The notes beneath the pieces are model-generated. The model was not told the origin of the DNA. It was given only the letters and a program-made list of their open reading frames with translations, and made no database searches. Below, one piece after another: positions 7,301-17,425 of a DNA stretch of 52,509 bases (within the stretch, counting starts at the first letter, position 1; every line of letters starts with the position of its first letter). Position numbers and translations under genes: made by a program. Source of the DNA: a virus. Taxonomy: Duplodnaviria; Caudoviricetes. The stretch spans positions 1 through 52,509 of the IMG/VR virus record IMGVR_UViG_3300011403_000015; one strand, written 5' to 3'.

Positions 7301-7633
7301 GTGCAATGGCATGATATAGAAGGGTATGAGGGACTCTACCAAATTTCGGAGGAAGGTGATATTAGGTCTATCAAATATAGTCCTAGACTTGTAGAAGCTC
7401 CTGCTAATGAGCAGGGATACAAGGTTGCTAATCTCTCGAGAAAAGGTAAGATGAGAAGACATAAAGTTCACCGTTTACTGTACGAGTCTTTCGTCGGTAA
7501 GATTCCGGAAGGGTATGTAGTTCACCATCTAGACCGGAATAGGCAAAACAATGTAATCTCTAACTTGATTCTTATGGAATTTGTAGAACATCAAAAATTC
7601 CATAGAAATCTAAGAAAAGAGTTCCTAAGATGA
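7301..7633 (+). CDS. NUMOD4-HNH homing endonuclease
   Basis: WHDIEGYEGLYQISEEG (NUMOD4), VHRLL..F and VVHHLDRNRQNNVISNL (HNH). Confidence 0.9.
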   Translation: MQWHDIEGYEGLYQISEEGDIRSIKYSPRLVEAPANEQGYKVANLSRKGKMRRHKVHRLLYESFVGKIPEGYVVHHLDRNRQNNVISNLILMEFVEHQKFHRNLRKEFLR

Positions 7634-8538
7634 AGCTCATCCGGGATCGCTGGATGCCTATGTTTGCGCTCGCTAGACAACTGGAACCGAGGGTTCGCCA
7701 TTTGGAACCCGAAACGTTTTCAGACGTAGTAGAGCAAGGCATGAAGGCGGATTATCGTGCGGCAGAAGCATTGATGGCAATGTCAGAAACTATTGTGCTG
7801 CCGTCACAGATCATGCTTGATATGGTTCATAATATCGACAGGATCGATACTCGTGGATGGATTAGGTTGCCGTATCCTTATGTTATCATACAATTCACCC
7901 ACTCAATTCTTGAAACAGATCTCATGGCACATGAGGAAAAGAATGACCTCATGACAACATTTGGTCTTGAAGATGATTTGGTGGAAGGGATTGTAATCGG
8001 TAACGCAGATCAGGACAAGCGTCCGTTCCCACCTCAGCATGTGTTCAATATGATGAACTGCTGTATCTTGTTCCGCAGTACATCGGTAAACCGTGTAGCA
8101 TGGTTAGGAACAGATAAACCTGCTCATCCACACTGGCAGAATAGCACTTTCCAAGAAGCTAATCTGCCACCCAATGCTAGAGAAAATAAGTACAGGATGA
8201 TAGCATTGTGTTACGCGATCAATCTGTTCTTAAATGCTCCCAACGTCATCGTAGTAAAAGAGAAGCCTGATCCTCAGATCAACGCAAAACGTGAACGTAA
8301 GGGGAAGGCTATCCTGCCGGAATACCATACGGTGACAATTCAGAAGGTACAAGTGAAGTACGCAGAACCTAGCGGGAAGACCGGAACGGCCCACACACGT
8401 ATGTATCCTGTGAGGGGTCACTTCCGTAAACTTGCACAGTTTGAAGACCCAATCTGGGTGCATAATCACTTCCGTGGGCTCAAACATGGCGAAGAAAGCC
8501 TTGTCAAAGAGATCTACAGAATTGCGCCCAAGAAGTAG
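7630..8538 (+). CDS. hypothetical phage protein with C-terminal VRGHFR motif
   Basis: 302-aa ORF overlapping the HNH stop by 4 nt. Confidence 0.8.
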   Translation: MKLIRDRWMPMFALARQLEPRVRHLEPETFSDVVEQGMKADYRAAEALMAMSETIVLPSQIMLDMVHNIDRIDTRGWIRLPYPYVIIQFTHSILETDLMAHEEKNDLMTTFGLEDDLVEGIVIGNADQDKRPFPPQHVFNMMNCCILFRSTSVNRVAWLGTDKPAHPHWQNSTFQEANLPPNARENKYRMIALCYAINLFLNAPNVIVVKEKPDPQINAKRERKGKAILPEYHTVTIQKVQVKYAEPSGKTGTAHTRMYPVRGHFRKLAQFEDPIWVHNHFRGLKHGEESLVKEIYRIAPKK

Positions 8539-8566
8539 GTAATAGCGGATTGGTCGGTACGGAAAT

Positions 8567-8595
8567 TTGCCTTGCCGACCCATTCGTGTTACAAT
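8567..8595 (+). promoter_or_regulatory. sigma70-type promoter
   Basis: TTGCCT-N17-TACAAT with TG extended -10. Confidence 0.65.
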
Positions 8596-8646
8596 AAATC
8601 GTGTAGTTATTGCAGTCCCCACACAAACCAAGAAAGGTTTTACATC

Positions 8647-9687
8647 ATGGAAGACCAAGTTCAGCCCAGCATCGCCAGTCAAATCGAGGCCCTCGTTGCC
8701 GCTAAGAATGCGGAAGGTGAGTACGTCACCGTCCGTACCGTATCCAAGCAACTGGGAATCAAGCAAGCCGATGTACGGCCAAACCTTCCGGCAGGAGCTA
8801 CGCTTCTTCCCTCCAAGAATGGGACAATCGGCGAAAGCCGTATTCAATTGTCAACTGGAGAGGAGGAAGAGTATGTAGACGCAGATACTCTGCCCTCTAC
8901 TGACTCCAGCGACGAAGAGGAAGTCGTTCAGGTAATGCTACCAAGAAAGACGAGGCGTGTTAAAGTGGAAACTGAACCGAAGGTACAAGAGCTCGATGAG
9001 CAGGGCAACCCCATTCCGGAAGCGGAAAAGGTAATCTGCACCATCTGCGGAAATCCCGTTCGCAAGAATACCATTGTGCGACGTGGGATTTGTCCTCTCT
9101 GCTTCCGTCAGCTTGCCAAGAATGTAGGCATGAATGCTACGAAGTTGGAAAGCCTTACGGATGAGGAGTTCGACATCGTAACTGGTGAAGAGCTGAGCCG
9201 TCGCCGTCATCTGGAAGAGTACAAAGCCAGCCGTATTCTTACCGATGAGCAGTTCAAGGCGATGGAAGGCACGATTATCCCCGTTAAGGAAGTCTTTGCT
9301 GCCGCTAAAGCTGCGGGATACGGCCCAGGTCGTGTCGCTCAAGCAATGGGTGGCGATCGCTTCCGGCACGAGCCTCTGGGTGGTTTTGACTCGGTGTGGA
9401 CGCCCTACTTCGTAGGCGCACGCAAGGGATGGTACTTCAACATCGATATTCTCAATCACTTCGATGACCTTGCCAAGCCTGTGAAGGAAAAGAAAGCCAA
9501 GAGCGCAGGAACCCGTTCGGCAGGAGCAGGTCGTAAGGGAGCTCGTGGTGCAGCCATGACGCCAGTCGTGGAAGGTGACGAGGAAATCACTGCATTTATG
9601 GAGACTGAGGATTGGCAAGAAACAGATGAGGTTTACGAAGAAGAGCAGGATGAGGATTACGTCGACGAAGTAGAAGAGCAGGTTTAA
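8647..9687 (+). CDS. putative DNA-binding protein (HTH-like segment, C4 zinc finger, acidic tail)
   Basis: TVRTVSKQLGIKQADV; CTIC...CPLC; D/E-rich C-terminus; ATG at 8647 follows AGAAAGG. Confidence 0.7.
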   Translation: MEDQVQPSIASQIEALVAAKNAEGEYVTVRTVSKQLGIKQADVRPNLPAGATLLPSKNGTIGESRIQLSTGEEEEYVDADTLPSTDSSDEEEVVQVMLPRKTRRVKVETEPKVQELDEQGNPIPEAEKVICTICGNPVRKNTIVRRGICPLCFRQLAKNVGMNATKLESLTDEEFDIVTGEELSRRRHLEEYKASRILTDEQFKAMEGTIIPVKEVFAAAKAAGYGPGRVAQAMGGDRFRHEPLGGFDSVWTPYFVGARKGWYFNIDILNHFDDLAKPVKEKKAKSAGTRSAGAGRKGARGAAMTPVVEGDEEITAFMETEDWQETDEVYEEEQDEDYVDEVEEQV

Positions 9688-9702
9688 TCTTCACACTAAA
9701 CT

Positions 9703-9737
9703 GGAATCCCTGGAGCAATCCAGGGATTTCTTTATTT
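9703..9737 (+). terminator. intrinsic terminator
   Basis: GGAATCCCTGGA-GCAA-TCCAGGGATTTC followed by TTTATTT. Confidence 0.8.
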
Positions 9738-9806
9738 GTAGGGCAAATTGCCTATCTTAACTTTCTTGACCAGAGCAAGTCGTAAAACTGCTCAGGAGAA
9801 TATACC

Positions 9807-10031
9807 ATGAACTGCAATTTTGACATCCTGATCAACCAGCTTGAGAAGCGTGCTGCCGAGTCCCGAGCGCAGATTGGCAAAACCCGCACCAAGTTGGAAA
9901 GTCATGAGTTGAAGGGCGAAGTCTATGCCATCAACGAGGTGATCTATATGGTCAAGGAATTTGCCAAAGCACAGGAGAACGGCAATGGATCCGCAAGTTC
10001 GGTGGAACCTGTGGATGCTGCTGCATCTTAG
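9807..10031 (+). CDS. small helical protein, paralogue of 10083..10250
   Basis: AGGAG RBS; LEKR.AE...G....IN..I...KE shared with the next gene. Confidence 0.7.
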   Translation: MNCNFDILINQLEKRAAESRAQIGKTRTKLESHELKGEVYAINEVIYMVKEFAKAQENGNGSASSVEPVDAAAS

Positions 10032-10082
10032 TCTTTGGGTTGGTTTGATGGTAATTGTACTTTTGAAGATCTGGAGTGGATC

Positions 10083-10250
10083 ATGAACAAAGAAGAGCAG
10101 AAGAAACTGCTAGAAGAATTGGAAAAGCGTAAAGCTGAGATTCTGGCAGAGCAGATCAAAGAAACTTTCGCTTATAAGAAAGGCTTGAATACAGGAGCTA
10201 TCCTTGGAATCAATGATGCCATTAAATTGATCAAGGAAGCAACTAAGTAG
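10083..10250 (+). CDS. small helical protein
   Basis: ORF 10035..10250; ATG at 10083 follows GGAG. Confidence 0.65.
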   Translation: MNKEEQKKLLEELEKRKAEILAEQIKETFAYKKGLNTGAILGINDAIKLIKEATK

Positions 10251-10263
10251 AGTCCGGCCCCAC

Positions 10264-10294
10264 ATCCCCAGGAGCAATCCTGGGGATTTTTTTT
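10264..10294 (+). terminator. intrinsic terminator at the convergence of the early and structural blocks
   Basis: ATCCCCAGGA-GCAA-TCCTGGGGAT followed by a T run. Confidence 0.85.
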
Positions 10295-10298
10295 GATC

Positions 10299-10496
10299 TT
10301 ATCCTATTAGAATGAATCCTGGGGTACTGATAGGAAAGTCGATCAGACCTAAAAGGCTCAGAAGCCATAAGATCAGAACCAAGACCACCACCCCCAATGA
10401 TATCAGACGCCAGGGTGGGGGAAATCCACGAGAGAGATACTCGATTCCCGTCACCAATAAGATTCCGATAATGATGTAAATAATCCAGGTTCCCAT
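10299..10496 (-). CDS. small two-TM membrane protein (holin candidate)
   Basis: Two hydrophobic helices; last gene of the structural operon. Confidence 0.55.
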   Translation of the reverse strand: MGTWIIYIIIGILLVTGIEYLSRGFPPPWRLISLGVVVLVLILWLLSLLGLIDFPISTPGFILIG

Positions 10497-10590
10497 AGCA
10501 GATTTCCCCTATCAGATCAGCAACTTCACAACTTCAGATCTTGAGATCTTGATCTTCAATCCCCACCAAAAGCAGATTTTGATTTTCAGA

Positions 10591-10821
10591 TCAGACGTCT
10601 GTTCGCAATCTTGCAATCGTAGCCATGCGTTCCGGCGTCAGAAATTCTTTGAGATCATTGCTAATATATACGATCTCCAGCGCATCGTTGCCAAAGACAG
10701 GTGCGCCTCCCCGCTGCTCAAAACTGGCTGACCAACGGCGAAGCTGTTCATCGGCTTGCGCCAAAATGGTTAAGGCCGACTGTCCTGTATTTAAGAACTG
10801 GTCAATTTGAGGCTGTTCCAT
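10591..10821 (-). CDS. hypothetical protein downstream of the tail fibre gene
   Basis: AGGAG RBS, 76 aa. Confidence 0.7.
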   Translation of the reverse strand: MEQPQIDQFLNTGQSALTILAQADEQLRRWSASFEQRGGAPVFGNDALEIVYISNDLKEFLTPERMATIARLRTDV

Positions 10822-10840
10822 AGAAGCTATCTCCTAAACT

Positions 10841-11557
10841 TTAAGTGGTTTCATAGCAGAAATTGACGTACAGTACCGATGAATTGGTAAAAGCGGCATT
10901 GGTAAGATTGGCTGCAACGCCGTTGGTAATGAGTTGCAGAATTAGATCAGTAGTGTTGTGGACAGTAATAGCGACTATTGTTCCTGTAAAACTCATCCCG
11001 CCCATAGCAAGAGTGGCTGGCGGTCGAAAATTGAAGAGGTTGAGGGTAGGAAAGGGCAAATTTGCGACGGTGGCATTGCCGACCGAACTTCCTACGTTTG
11101 AAAGACGAAGGGTCGCCCAAACGGTCACCATCTTGTTGACTCGAATAAAGCGACCGATCAAGCCCTGTGACGCATAGGTCAGACCGTTGGATGCGCCGCC
11201 AAACTGCAAGGCCGGAGTCCATGTTCCTTCTTCGTAATAATTCAGTGTTGTTGGGGAAGCCCCTAGTTTGATCCCCGCACTAAACGTAGCGAGTGCCGTA
11301 TAGCTCTGTGCAGTACCCAGACGAGCAACATCTAAATAGTGAATCCCACTTCCTTTGATCGTGTTGTCATCGTGGAATTGCGGTAGATGACCGACAGTAG
11401 TCAGTGTGCCGATGCGCTTCACCATATCCGTACCCATTAGATTCAGGCGACTGATGCGCTTATCTCTATTGACCACGTCGGACGTATCGCTGACTAGGAA
11501 CATATCGGCATTATCTATGGTGGTCAGTTCCGACAGATCACGAACTGTACTTGGCAT
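10841..11557 (-). CDS. tail fibre / receptor-binding protein
   Basis: YEEGTWTP...GRFIRVNKMVTV...NLPF C-terminal fibre-head pattern; position in the tail module. Confidence 0.75.
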   Translation of the reverse strand: MPSTVRDLSELTTIDNADMFLVSDTSDVVNRDKRISRLNLMGTDMVKRIGTLTTVGHLPQFHDDNTIKGSGIHYLDVARLGTAQSYTALATFSAGIKLGASPTTLNYYEEGTWTPALQFGGASNGLTYASQGLIGRFIRVNKMVTVWATLRLSNVGSSVGNATVANLPFPTLNLFNFRPPATLAMGGMSFTGTIVAITVHNTTDLILQLITNGVAANLTNAAFTNSSVLYVNFCYETT

Positions 11558-11558
11558 C

Positions 11559-11930
11559 CTAGCCTCCCGTTCCGTTCCTCTGAAGTTCCTTCGTATCTCG
11601 TACTTCTTCTCTCACAGCTTCCGGCCCCACAATCGCAGGGGTAGGAGAAGCTTCAGGTGGGAAGTTCCGCACAAAGCACATCAACTGCTCATCAAAACGC
11701 CATTGCCCATCATCAAATGTGATCTTATGCTCTAACCCACAGTAACGCAGGAAGGCATTAGCGTTCATCTGTGCCGCATCGAATTCTTTCTGTGCGGATT
11801 CAATCTGCGCTTCCATGATACTTTTAGAAGCATCTAACTTCGCATTTGCAACTCGCATATCAGCGATCAGTTGCATCAGATGCTGCCGTTGCGCTTCCGA
11901 TAGTGGTCGTCCTACTTCTTGCTTACTCAT
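11559..11930 (-). CDS. hypothetical coiled-coil protein
   Basis: GGAGAG RBS; abuts neighbouring genes. Confidence 0.7.
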   Translation of the reverse strand: MSKQEVGRPLSEAQRQHLMQLIADMRVANAKLDASKSIMEAQIESAQKEFDAAQMNANAFLRYCGLEHKITFDDGQWRFDEQLMCFVRNFPPEASPTPAIVGPEAVREEVRDTKELQRNGTGG

Positions 11931-11938
11931 GCTCTCTC

Positions 11939-14900
11939 CTATAAGGGTTCAAGTAATATCTTTGACCAAAAGTTGGTTGCCGTACAGATGTAGAGATAGG
12001 TTCCATTCCAACAAATTTCCCCTACGTTTCCCGATGATGTGCGACTAGGAGGTGTTCTACTTCCGGCAATTCTGAATGTATTGCCGGAGTTGATTACAGA
12101 AGCAGCGATCATCGAGACGCCAGCCGTTATATTGCCGTTGAACGAGATTGTTCCAGTAGAACCCACATAGTCCAGTGTATTGCCATAGCTAGTACCGCTT
12201 TCAAAGCGCATGGCTGTAAAGTTTCCTCCCGATTGCTTGGCGACGAATACATCAGATTCTAAATTGATGAAGCTGCCATAAACACCACTTAGTCTGCTAG
12301 AAGTAAGCCAGTCTGTGCCGTCTGGACTCCAGTAGGCTCCTATATCTACCACGCGAGATGGGACTGTGGGATGCTCTATATAAAAGACAGTCCCCGTACC
12401 AGAAGGGATTAATTTTAGAGGTTCCGTAAACTTGGCGATGAAGTTATTGCCATCCCATTTGAAGTAATTCGCACTATCTCCCAGAGCAAATTTATAGGCA
12501 CTTACAGATTCTGAGGTATCCCACCCCACGAAGAAGCCAGCTACCGCAGATGAATAGGTACTTTTAGTAGATGAATATATCTTTGCTGCCGTACTGTTCA
12601 TGTTGAGATAGCCAGTTACCGAGAGATTACCAGTAGTAGCCTTGACAGCTTGTAGATTAGCCGCTGTCAACCTGTCCGCATTTAACGTATTCGCTGTAAT
12701 CTTATCTCCGTGTAACGTGGAACCTGAGATTCTATCGCCATGTACGGAATTCGCCAGGATTTCTGTACCTGTGATGCTATTGGCATGGATATGATTGCCT
12801 GAGATAATCACACCACCATAGGTCATCGTAACTGAAGTGTGTGATTCACCACGCTCTGCTACGCCGATAATGATGCCATTAACCGGAACAACGGTAGAAG
12901 TCGTAGTCCCATGTAATGTAGTAGAAGCAAGTTCTCCAGGTTCTATCCAAAAATAACCTCTAGCTCCAACGGGACTTATCTGATGAAAAACGGTAGCAGT
13001 AGAAGCTGGAACTACTCTAGTCGTATTATTGGCGAATTTAATTGTAAGAGCAGGCCAGGTGATCTTCCCGTTGGTATTTGGATCAGCTACCAAAGTTCCG
13101 CTACAAGATACAATTGTATTCTTATATAATTCTGCGTTAGATTGATTTACAGCATCAACAACTGCATTATCCACCATAGTGACAGTAGAATTGAAGAAGT
13201 TAGCATCTACCTTATCTGCGCTAATGGTTCCACCATTGATCTGCGTGGCCGTAATGCTCCCTGCCACGATGCTGTTGCCCGAAATCACCACCCCACCATA
13301 GACCATCGTTACGGATGATGCTACGGTTTGCCGTTCCCCCACAGCGATGATGATGTTGCCGACAGGAACATCCGAAAGCACTTCATCCATTATCATGGCT
13401 GTAGAAGCAAGGTCAGGGTCTATGCTGAAGTAAACTCTGGTCGTAGATGCAGTTCCTAGCATATTGTAGGGAGAACCAACGGTTGTGATGCTGCTGGTTC
13501 GTCCTGTCTTATATCTAACGGTAAGTGCCGGCCAGGAGAATCTACCCACAACAGGCGTAGGAACTGTACCATCGGCGGAAATCTTGCCCGACATACCCAC
13601 AATGGTATCCAAGTCCATTGCTTGGATGGCAGCGTTGGTAGCATTATCTTCCACATCGTCGAAGACATTATCTGCAAGCTCATCCGTTCCGACGGCATTT
13701 AACGCTATAAGACCTGCGGTAATAGAACGTGCTTTGATTTGGGTTGCCGTAATGCTATCAGCAATGATGTTGCTACCTGAGATTATGACGCCACCATTAA
13801 CCATCACGGCAGTAGCCGCTTCCGGCCCCGACTGGCAGACGGCAATCACAACAGCGTTGGAAGGCAAGGTATCGATTGCTGCTTCTAGCGGGTCATACCA
13901 GAGCATAGCAACCGTAGCATTGGATGTTCTATTCAGAACATAAGCATATTCTAATCCCGTGATCGTACGACTTCCTGCTGTTACAGTAATCACGACATTA
14001 TTAGCAAGAGTAACCCGAAGATTGTTACCTACGCCACCCCAAGATACCGAGTTCGTAGCCGCTTGCCCTTCTATTCGAGCCGCCGAAAGAAGGACTCCCT
14101 CGATACGCTGTATCTTCGTGCCGTTGATGGTACTGAGTGTGTTCACATCAATTTCGTTAGCGGTCACTGCTCCGGCAGCAAGCCATCCTGTGTCTATCGC
14201 ATTGGCAGCGATATTACTAGCTAAGATGCTACCTGTGAAGATGTTTGCGCCTGTGATGTAGGTGCTACCTACAATCACGTTGATGGAAGCTTTTGCCGTT
14301 AACGCTTGACTGGTTCCTACATCTGCTACAGCAATCACCACATAGCTCGGCTGGATCAGGGTAGCTGCACTCTGGACGGGTACAATGGTGAGACTGCCGA
14401 CCTGGTCTAAATTCACGTACAGATAGGTACGGCCCACAGGTAACGTGATGCCACCAGCTACACTGTTCGTGATCGTACGTGTCGTGTTGTTGGCAAAATA
14501 AGCCTTTGCACTACTCCAGGCGACCTTATTGTAGGCAGCACTAGACCATACGCCATCCACAGCTACCATGCGACGGCTATCGGAATAGGTATTATTGACT
14601 CCTGAAATCTTGCCGATCTCAGTTGTGGTGAAGGTGTTGGCTGTCGTGACGGCCTCGCCCATCTTGCCATCGACATAGGTCGTGGTGGCATATCCGGCCC
14701 CACCACCCACTTGCAAACTTCCTGTAACCAACAGCGTTCCGGCAGAAGCATCCCAGTGTAGATAGTGTGTACCATTCCGATTGCCAATGTACACATCGCC
14801 TTCTTCGGGGTCTCCTGCCGCAGTGACAACCTCAAAGCTCCTCGTTGTCTTTTGCCCTACATTCTTACCGAGCTTGAAGTTACCGTTTTGGTCCCACTCA

Positions 14901-17425
14901 CCCGTCAAATTTGCGCCATTGTGCATACGGATTACGCCTCGATAGAGGTCAACTCCTTCTCCAGAAGCGACAAAGTAGGAACTGTTGGGGTCAGAAAGAT
15001 TGGGACCAGCCAGAAGACCGAAGCGACTGATGCCGCTAATCCCAGGAATCCCCACACCCGAAAGTTGTCCCAAGCGTACATGCGGGATGATAGCCCCTGC
15101 CAATCCTGACCAGGGCTGCTCACCAGTTGTGAAGATGTCGATATAGGGGGTATCTTCTCCTACAACATCCCCCTCATCTCGCCAGTCTGAGGTCATCAGA
15201 ATTGCGCCATCTCCTGGTCTGCCGTAGGTCACAATGGCTGTACCCTTCGGGATCACGCAATCGCTGCCGCTTTTCTTAGTAACACTGTAGATACCGTACT
15301 CTTCGTTACTGGCGTCTCCTTGATTCACCTCCACCCACACATCAGCCAATCGTACAATCTTGCCTTGACCATCATAAACAGGATTGTCGTGGTTGTAGAT
15401 TTCAGTTTTTACTCTAAGAATTTCTCCTGGCTGGAAGTAAATAGCTGGCCCTGAAGGTGGATGATTTAGTTTGAGGAAGTTTCCGGCAGAAAAGGTACGA
15501 AGCGTGTTTCCTACAAAAGTAGGACTGGTCGTCACAATCTGCAACGGCCCTTCGCCATCTGGTATGATGCTGTTATTATCTACCCAAAGCTCGCTTTCTC
15601 CGATACCTGCGCTACTGATAACCGTATCTTCAAAGAAAGTTGCTGCCGTAGCCACCATGAAGGTTCCACCTGTGGCATGGATTTCGTCCTTAACAAATAC
15701 AGTAGCGTGAAGCTCACCTCTGGCCCAGATATTATTGAACTCGGCATTGCCAGTATGGGATATCTGCCAACCTGTAAGACCACTAACAAAGCCAGGATTA
15801 CCACTTTGTAGATTACCTACAGAATCCAAGACAATTAGCTCTTGCCCTACAGAATCTTCCACACGCCAGATACGGCCCCGCTGTCCCGTCTTCTGCCGCA
15901 GACGTTGCGTGATATCATCTAAGTTATCTACCAGTACATCTAATGCGGCAGCACCAACCAAGTTCTCAGGAACTGTGTTGATTCCTATACGATCATTTGC
16001 TGCATCTATAACTAATAAGCTAGTGTCAAAGATAAAGCCACCATTAAAATCGGTAGCCATGATTGCTTCATTAGGGCCAGGATCACTAGAAGTAGCAACG
16101 TGATGATAATGCGTATCATCAATGAGAATACTTTCTGAGTATACAGTAAGATCTCCTGGTTCACCAAGCTCTAGCTTGCCGGAAGAAAGGTTGTAGCGAA
16201 GACCTGAATTTGGTTCTAGCTCTACTACTAAATTATTTAGACCATCATGTCCAATACCATATACATTAGGACTGATAAGTTCCACTACATCTACAGCTAC
16301 GGCCCCCTCACTGATATTGATACCATCTCCATCTCCGATAAAGAGACCACCTTCAGCATCAAATTGCAAGCCGTCTAGCTCAATAGTAGATAGCTTCACT
16401 TCCAAGTGATCATCGTAAACGAGGATACCATTACCCCCACCCACGTAGACCCCACCGTAGCTACCGTAACCCATTCCGGCGGGAGGATATTCTGAGAATA
16501 GAACTTTGAAGTTGTTGCTGCCGTCATTGACAAGCCCCAATCCCATAAGCTCATCTACTACAACATCAGTGACGTTGCCCGTAGTTAGCAAGCCATCCCC
16601 ATCCGAAAATACTAATCCACCACTACCATCAAAATCTAATCCACTATTTGTACCTAATTTAATTTCAAGATCACCGCCTACATCAGTAAGGCCAGCCATA
16701 GGATTGTAGATCTGAGATACGTTCACCGCAACAGTAGAACCGCTAACCGTGATCCCATCCCCTGCACCTACCCGCAGACCATTGGAATCTACACTAAGAC
16801 CGCTGGCCGTAGAATGGAGATTAATTCTAAGCCCTGTATGTCCTACAAGATCAGCTTCAATACCGCCATTAACGCTGGCAAGGACGCCGATACCTGTGGA
16901 ATCTACAATAATACCACGATCTACATTTTCTTTAGCGTTGATGACATTACCAGAGAACTGGATACCATCACCAGGAAGATAGGATCCACCCCCTTCCCCA
17001 TAACCACCAGGAAGAAGCGGCTTAAAAGTTCCAGTAGCTACATCCCAAGTAGGTACTTCACCATTATCCCAATCATTGGGATCTACTTCTTCCAGATCAA
17101 AGAAGCTGGTGACGCCCCCTGTTCCTCCACCATTCCCTGCGCCGCCTTGATAGCTGGCAGCTTCGTAGATGACAAGCTCACCAAGTTCACGGCGCATCTT
17201 AACTTGCTGGAAAAGGGTACGAGCAACACCTACTTTATCTTTGGCGATGTTAAGCCCCTGATCGCCAAGATCACCTACAGATACATACACATAGCCAGGA
17301 CGACCACGCACTTCAATATCTTCTACTGTGCCGTTCTGCCTACCTAATCTACCATAGATCGTAGTACGTACATTGCTGCGTTCCCAGATACGATCTAAGG
17401 CTTTTAAGATCTCAGATTCGCTCAT
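11939..17425 (-). CDS. large tail tip / central fibre (host-specificity) protein with internal repeats
   Basis: ~1830 aa, Gly/Thr/Val-rich; GDG(I/L)-type repeats and repeated GGV(I/V)ISGNxIxAxSITxTxI modules; ATG at 17425 overlaps the previous stop. Confidence 0.8.
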   Translation of the reverse strand: MSESEILKALDRIWERSNVRTTIYGRLGRQNGTVEDIEVRGRPGYVYVSVGDLGDQGLNIAKDKVGVARTLFQQVKMRRELGELVIYEAASYQGGAGNGGGTGGVTSFFDLEEVDPNDWDNGEVPTWDVATGTFKPLLPGGYGEGGGSYLPGDGIQFSGNVINAKENVDRGIIVDSTGIGVLASVNGGIEADLVGHTGLRINLHSTASGLSVDSNGLRVGAGDGITVSGSTVAVNVSQIYNPMAGLTDVGGDLEIKLGTNSGLDFDGSGGLVFSDGDGLLTTGNVTDVVVDELMGLGLVNDGSNNFKVLFSEYPPAGMGYGSYGGVYVGGGNGILVYDDHLEVKLSTIELDGLQFDAEGGLFIGDGDGINISEGAVAVDVVELISPNVYGIGHDGLNNLVVELEPNSGLRYNLSSGKLELGEPGDLTVYSESILIDDTHYHHVATSSDPGPNEAIMATDFNGGFIFDTSLLVIDAANDRIGINTVPENLVGAAALDVLVDNLDDITQRLRQKTGQRGRIWRVEDSVGQELIVLDSVGNLQSGNPGFVSGLTGWQISHTGNAEFNNIWARGELHATVFVKDEIHATGGTFMVATAATFFEDTVISSAGIGESELWVDNNSIIPDGEGPLQIVTTSPTFVGNTLRTFSAGNFLKLNHPPSGPAIYFQPGEILRVKTEIYNHDNPVYDGQGKIVRLADVWVEVNQGDASNEEYGIYSVTKKSGSDCVIPKGTAIVTYGRPGDGAILMTSDWRDEGDVVGEDTPYIDIFTTGEQPWSGLAGAIIPHVRLGQLSGVGIPGISGISRFGLLAGPNLSDPNSSYFVASGEGVDLYRGVIRMHNGANLTGEWDQNGNFKLGKNVGQKTTRSFEVVTAAGDPEEGDVYIGNRNGTHYLHWDASAGTLLVTGSLQVGGGAGYATTTYVDGKMGEAVTTANTFTTTEIGKISGVNNTYSDSRRMVAVDGVWSSAAYNKVAWSSAKAYFANNTTRTITNSVAGGITLPVGRTYLYVNLDQVGSLTIVPVQSAATLIQPSYVVIAVADVGTSQALTAKASINVIVGSTYITGANIFTGSILASNIAANAIDTGWLAAGAVTANEIDVNTLSTINGTKIQRIEGVLLSAARIEGQAATNSVSWGGVGNNLRVTLANNVVITVTAGSRTITGLEYAYVLNRTSNATVAMLWYDPLEAAIDTLPSNAVVIAVCQSGPEAATAVMVNGGVIISGSNIIADSITATQIKARSITAGLIALNAVGTDELADNVFDDVEDNATNAAIQAMDLDTIVGMSGKISADGTVPTPVVGRFSWPALTVRYKTGRTSSITTVGSPYNMLGTASTTRVYFSIDPDLASTAMIMDEVLSDVPVGNIIIAVGERQTVASSVTMVYGGVVISGNSIVAGSITATQINGGTISADKVDANFFNSTVTMVDNAVVDAVNQSNAELYKNTIVSCSGTLVADPNTNGKITWPALTIKFANNTTRVVPASTATVFHQISPVGARGYFWIEPGELASTTLHGTTTSTVVPVNGIIIGVAERGESHTSVTMTYGGVIISGNHIHANSITGTEILANSVHGDRISGSTLHGDKITANTLNADRLTAANLQAVKATTGNLSVTGYLNMNSTAAKIYSSTKSTYSSAVAGFFVGWDTSESVSAYKFALGDSANYFKWDGNNFIAKFTEPLKLIPSGTGTVFYIEHPTVPSRVVDIGAYWSPDGTDWLTSSRLSGVYGSFINLESDVFVAKQSGGNFTAMRFESGTSYGNTLDYVGSTGTISFNGNITAGVSMIAASVINSGNTFRIAGSRTPPSRTSSGNVGEICWNGTYLYICTATNFWSKILLEPL

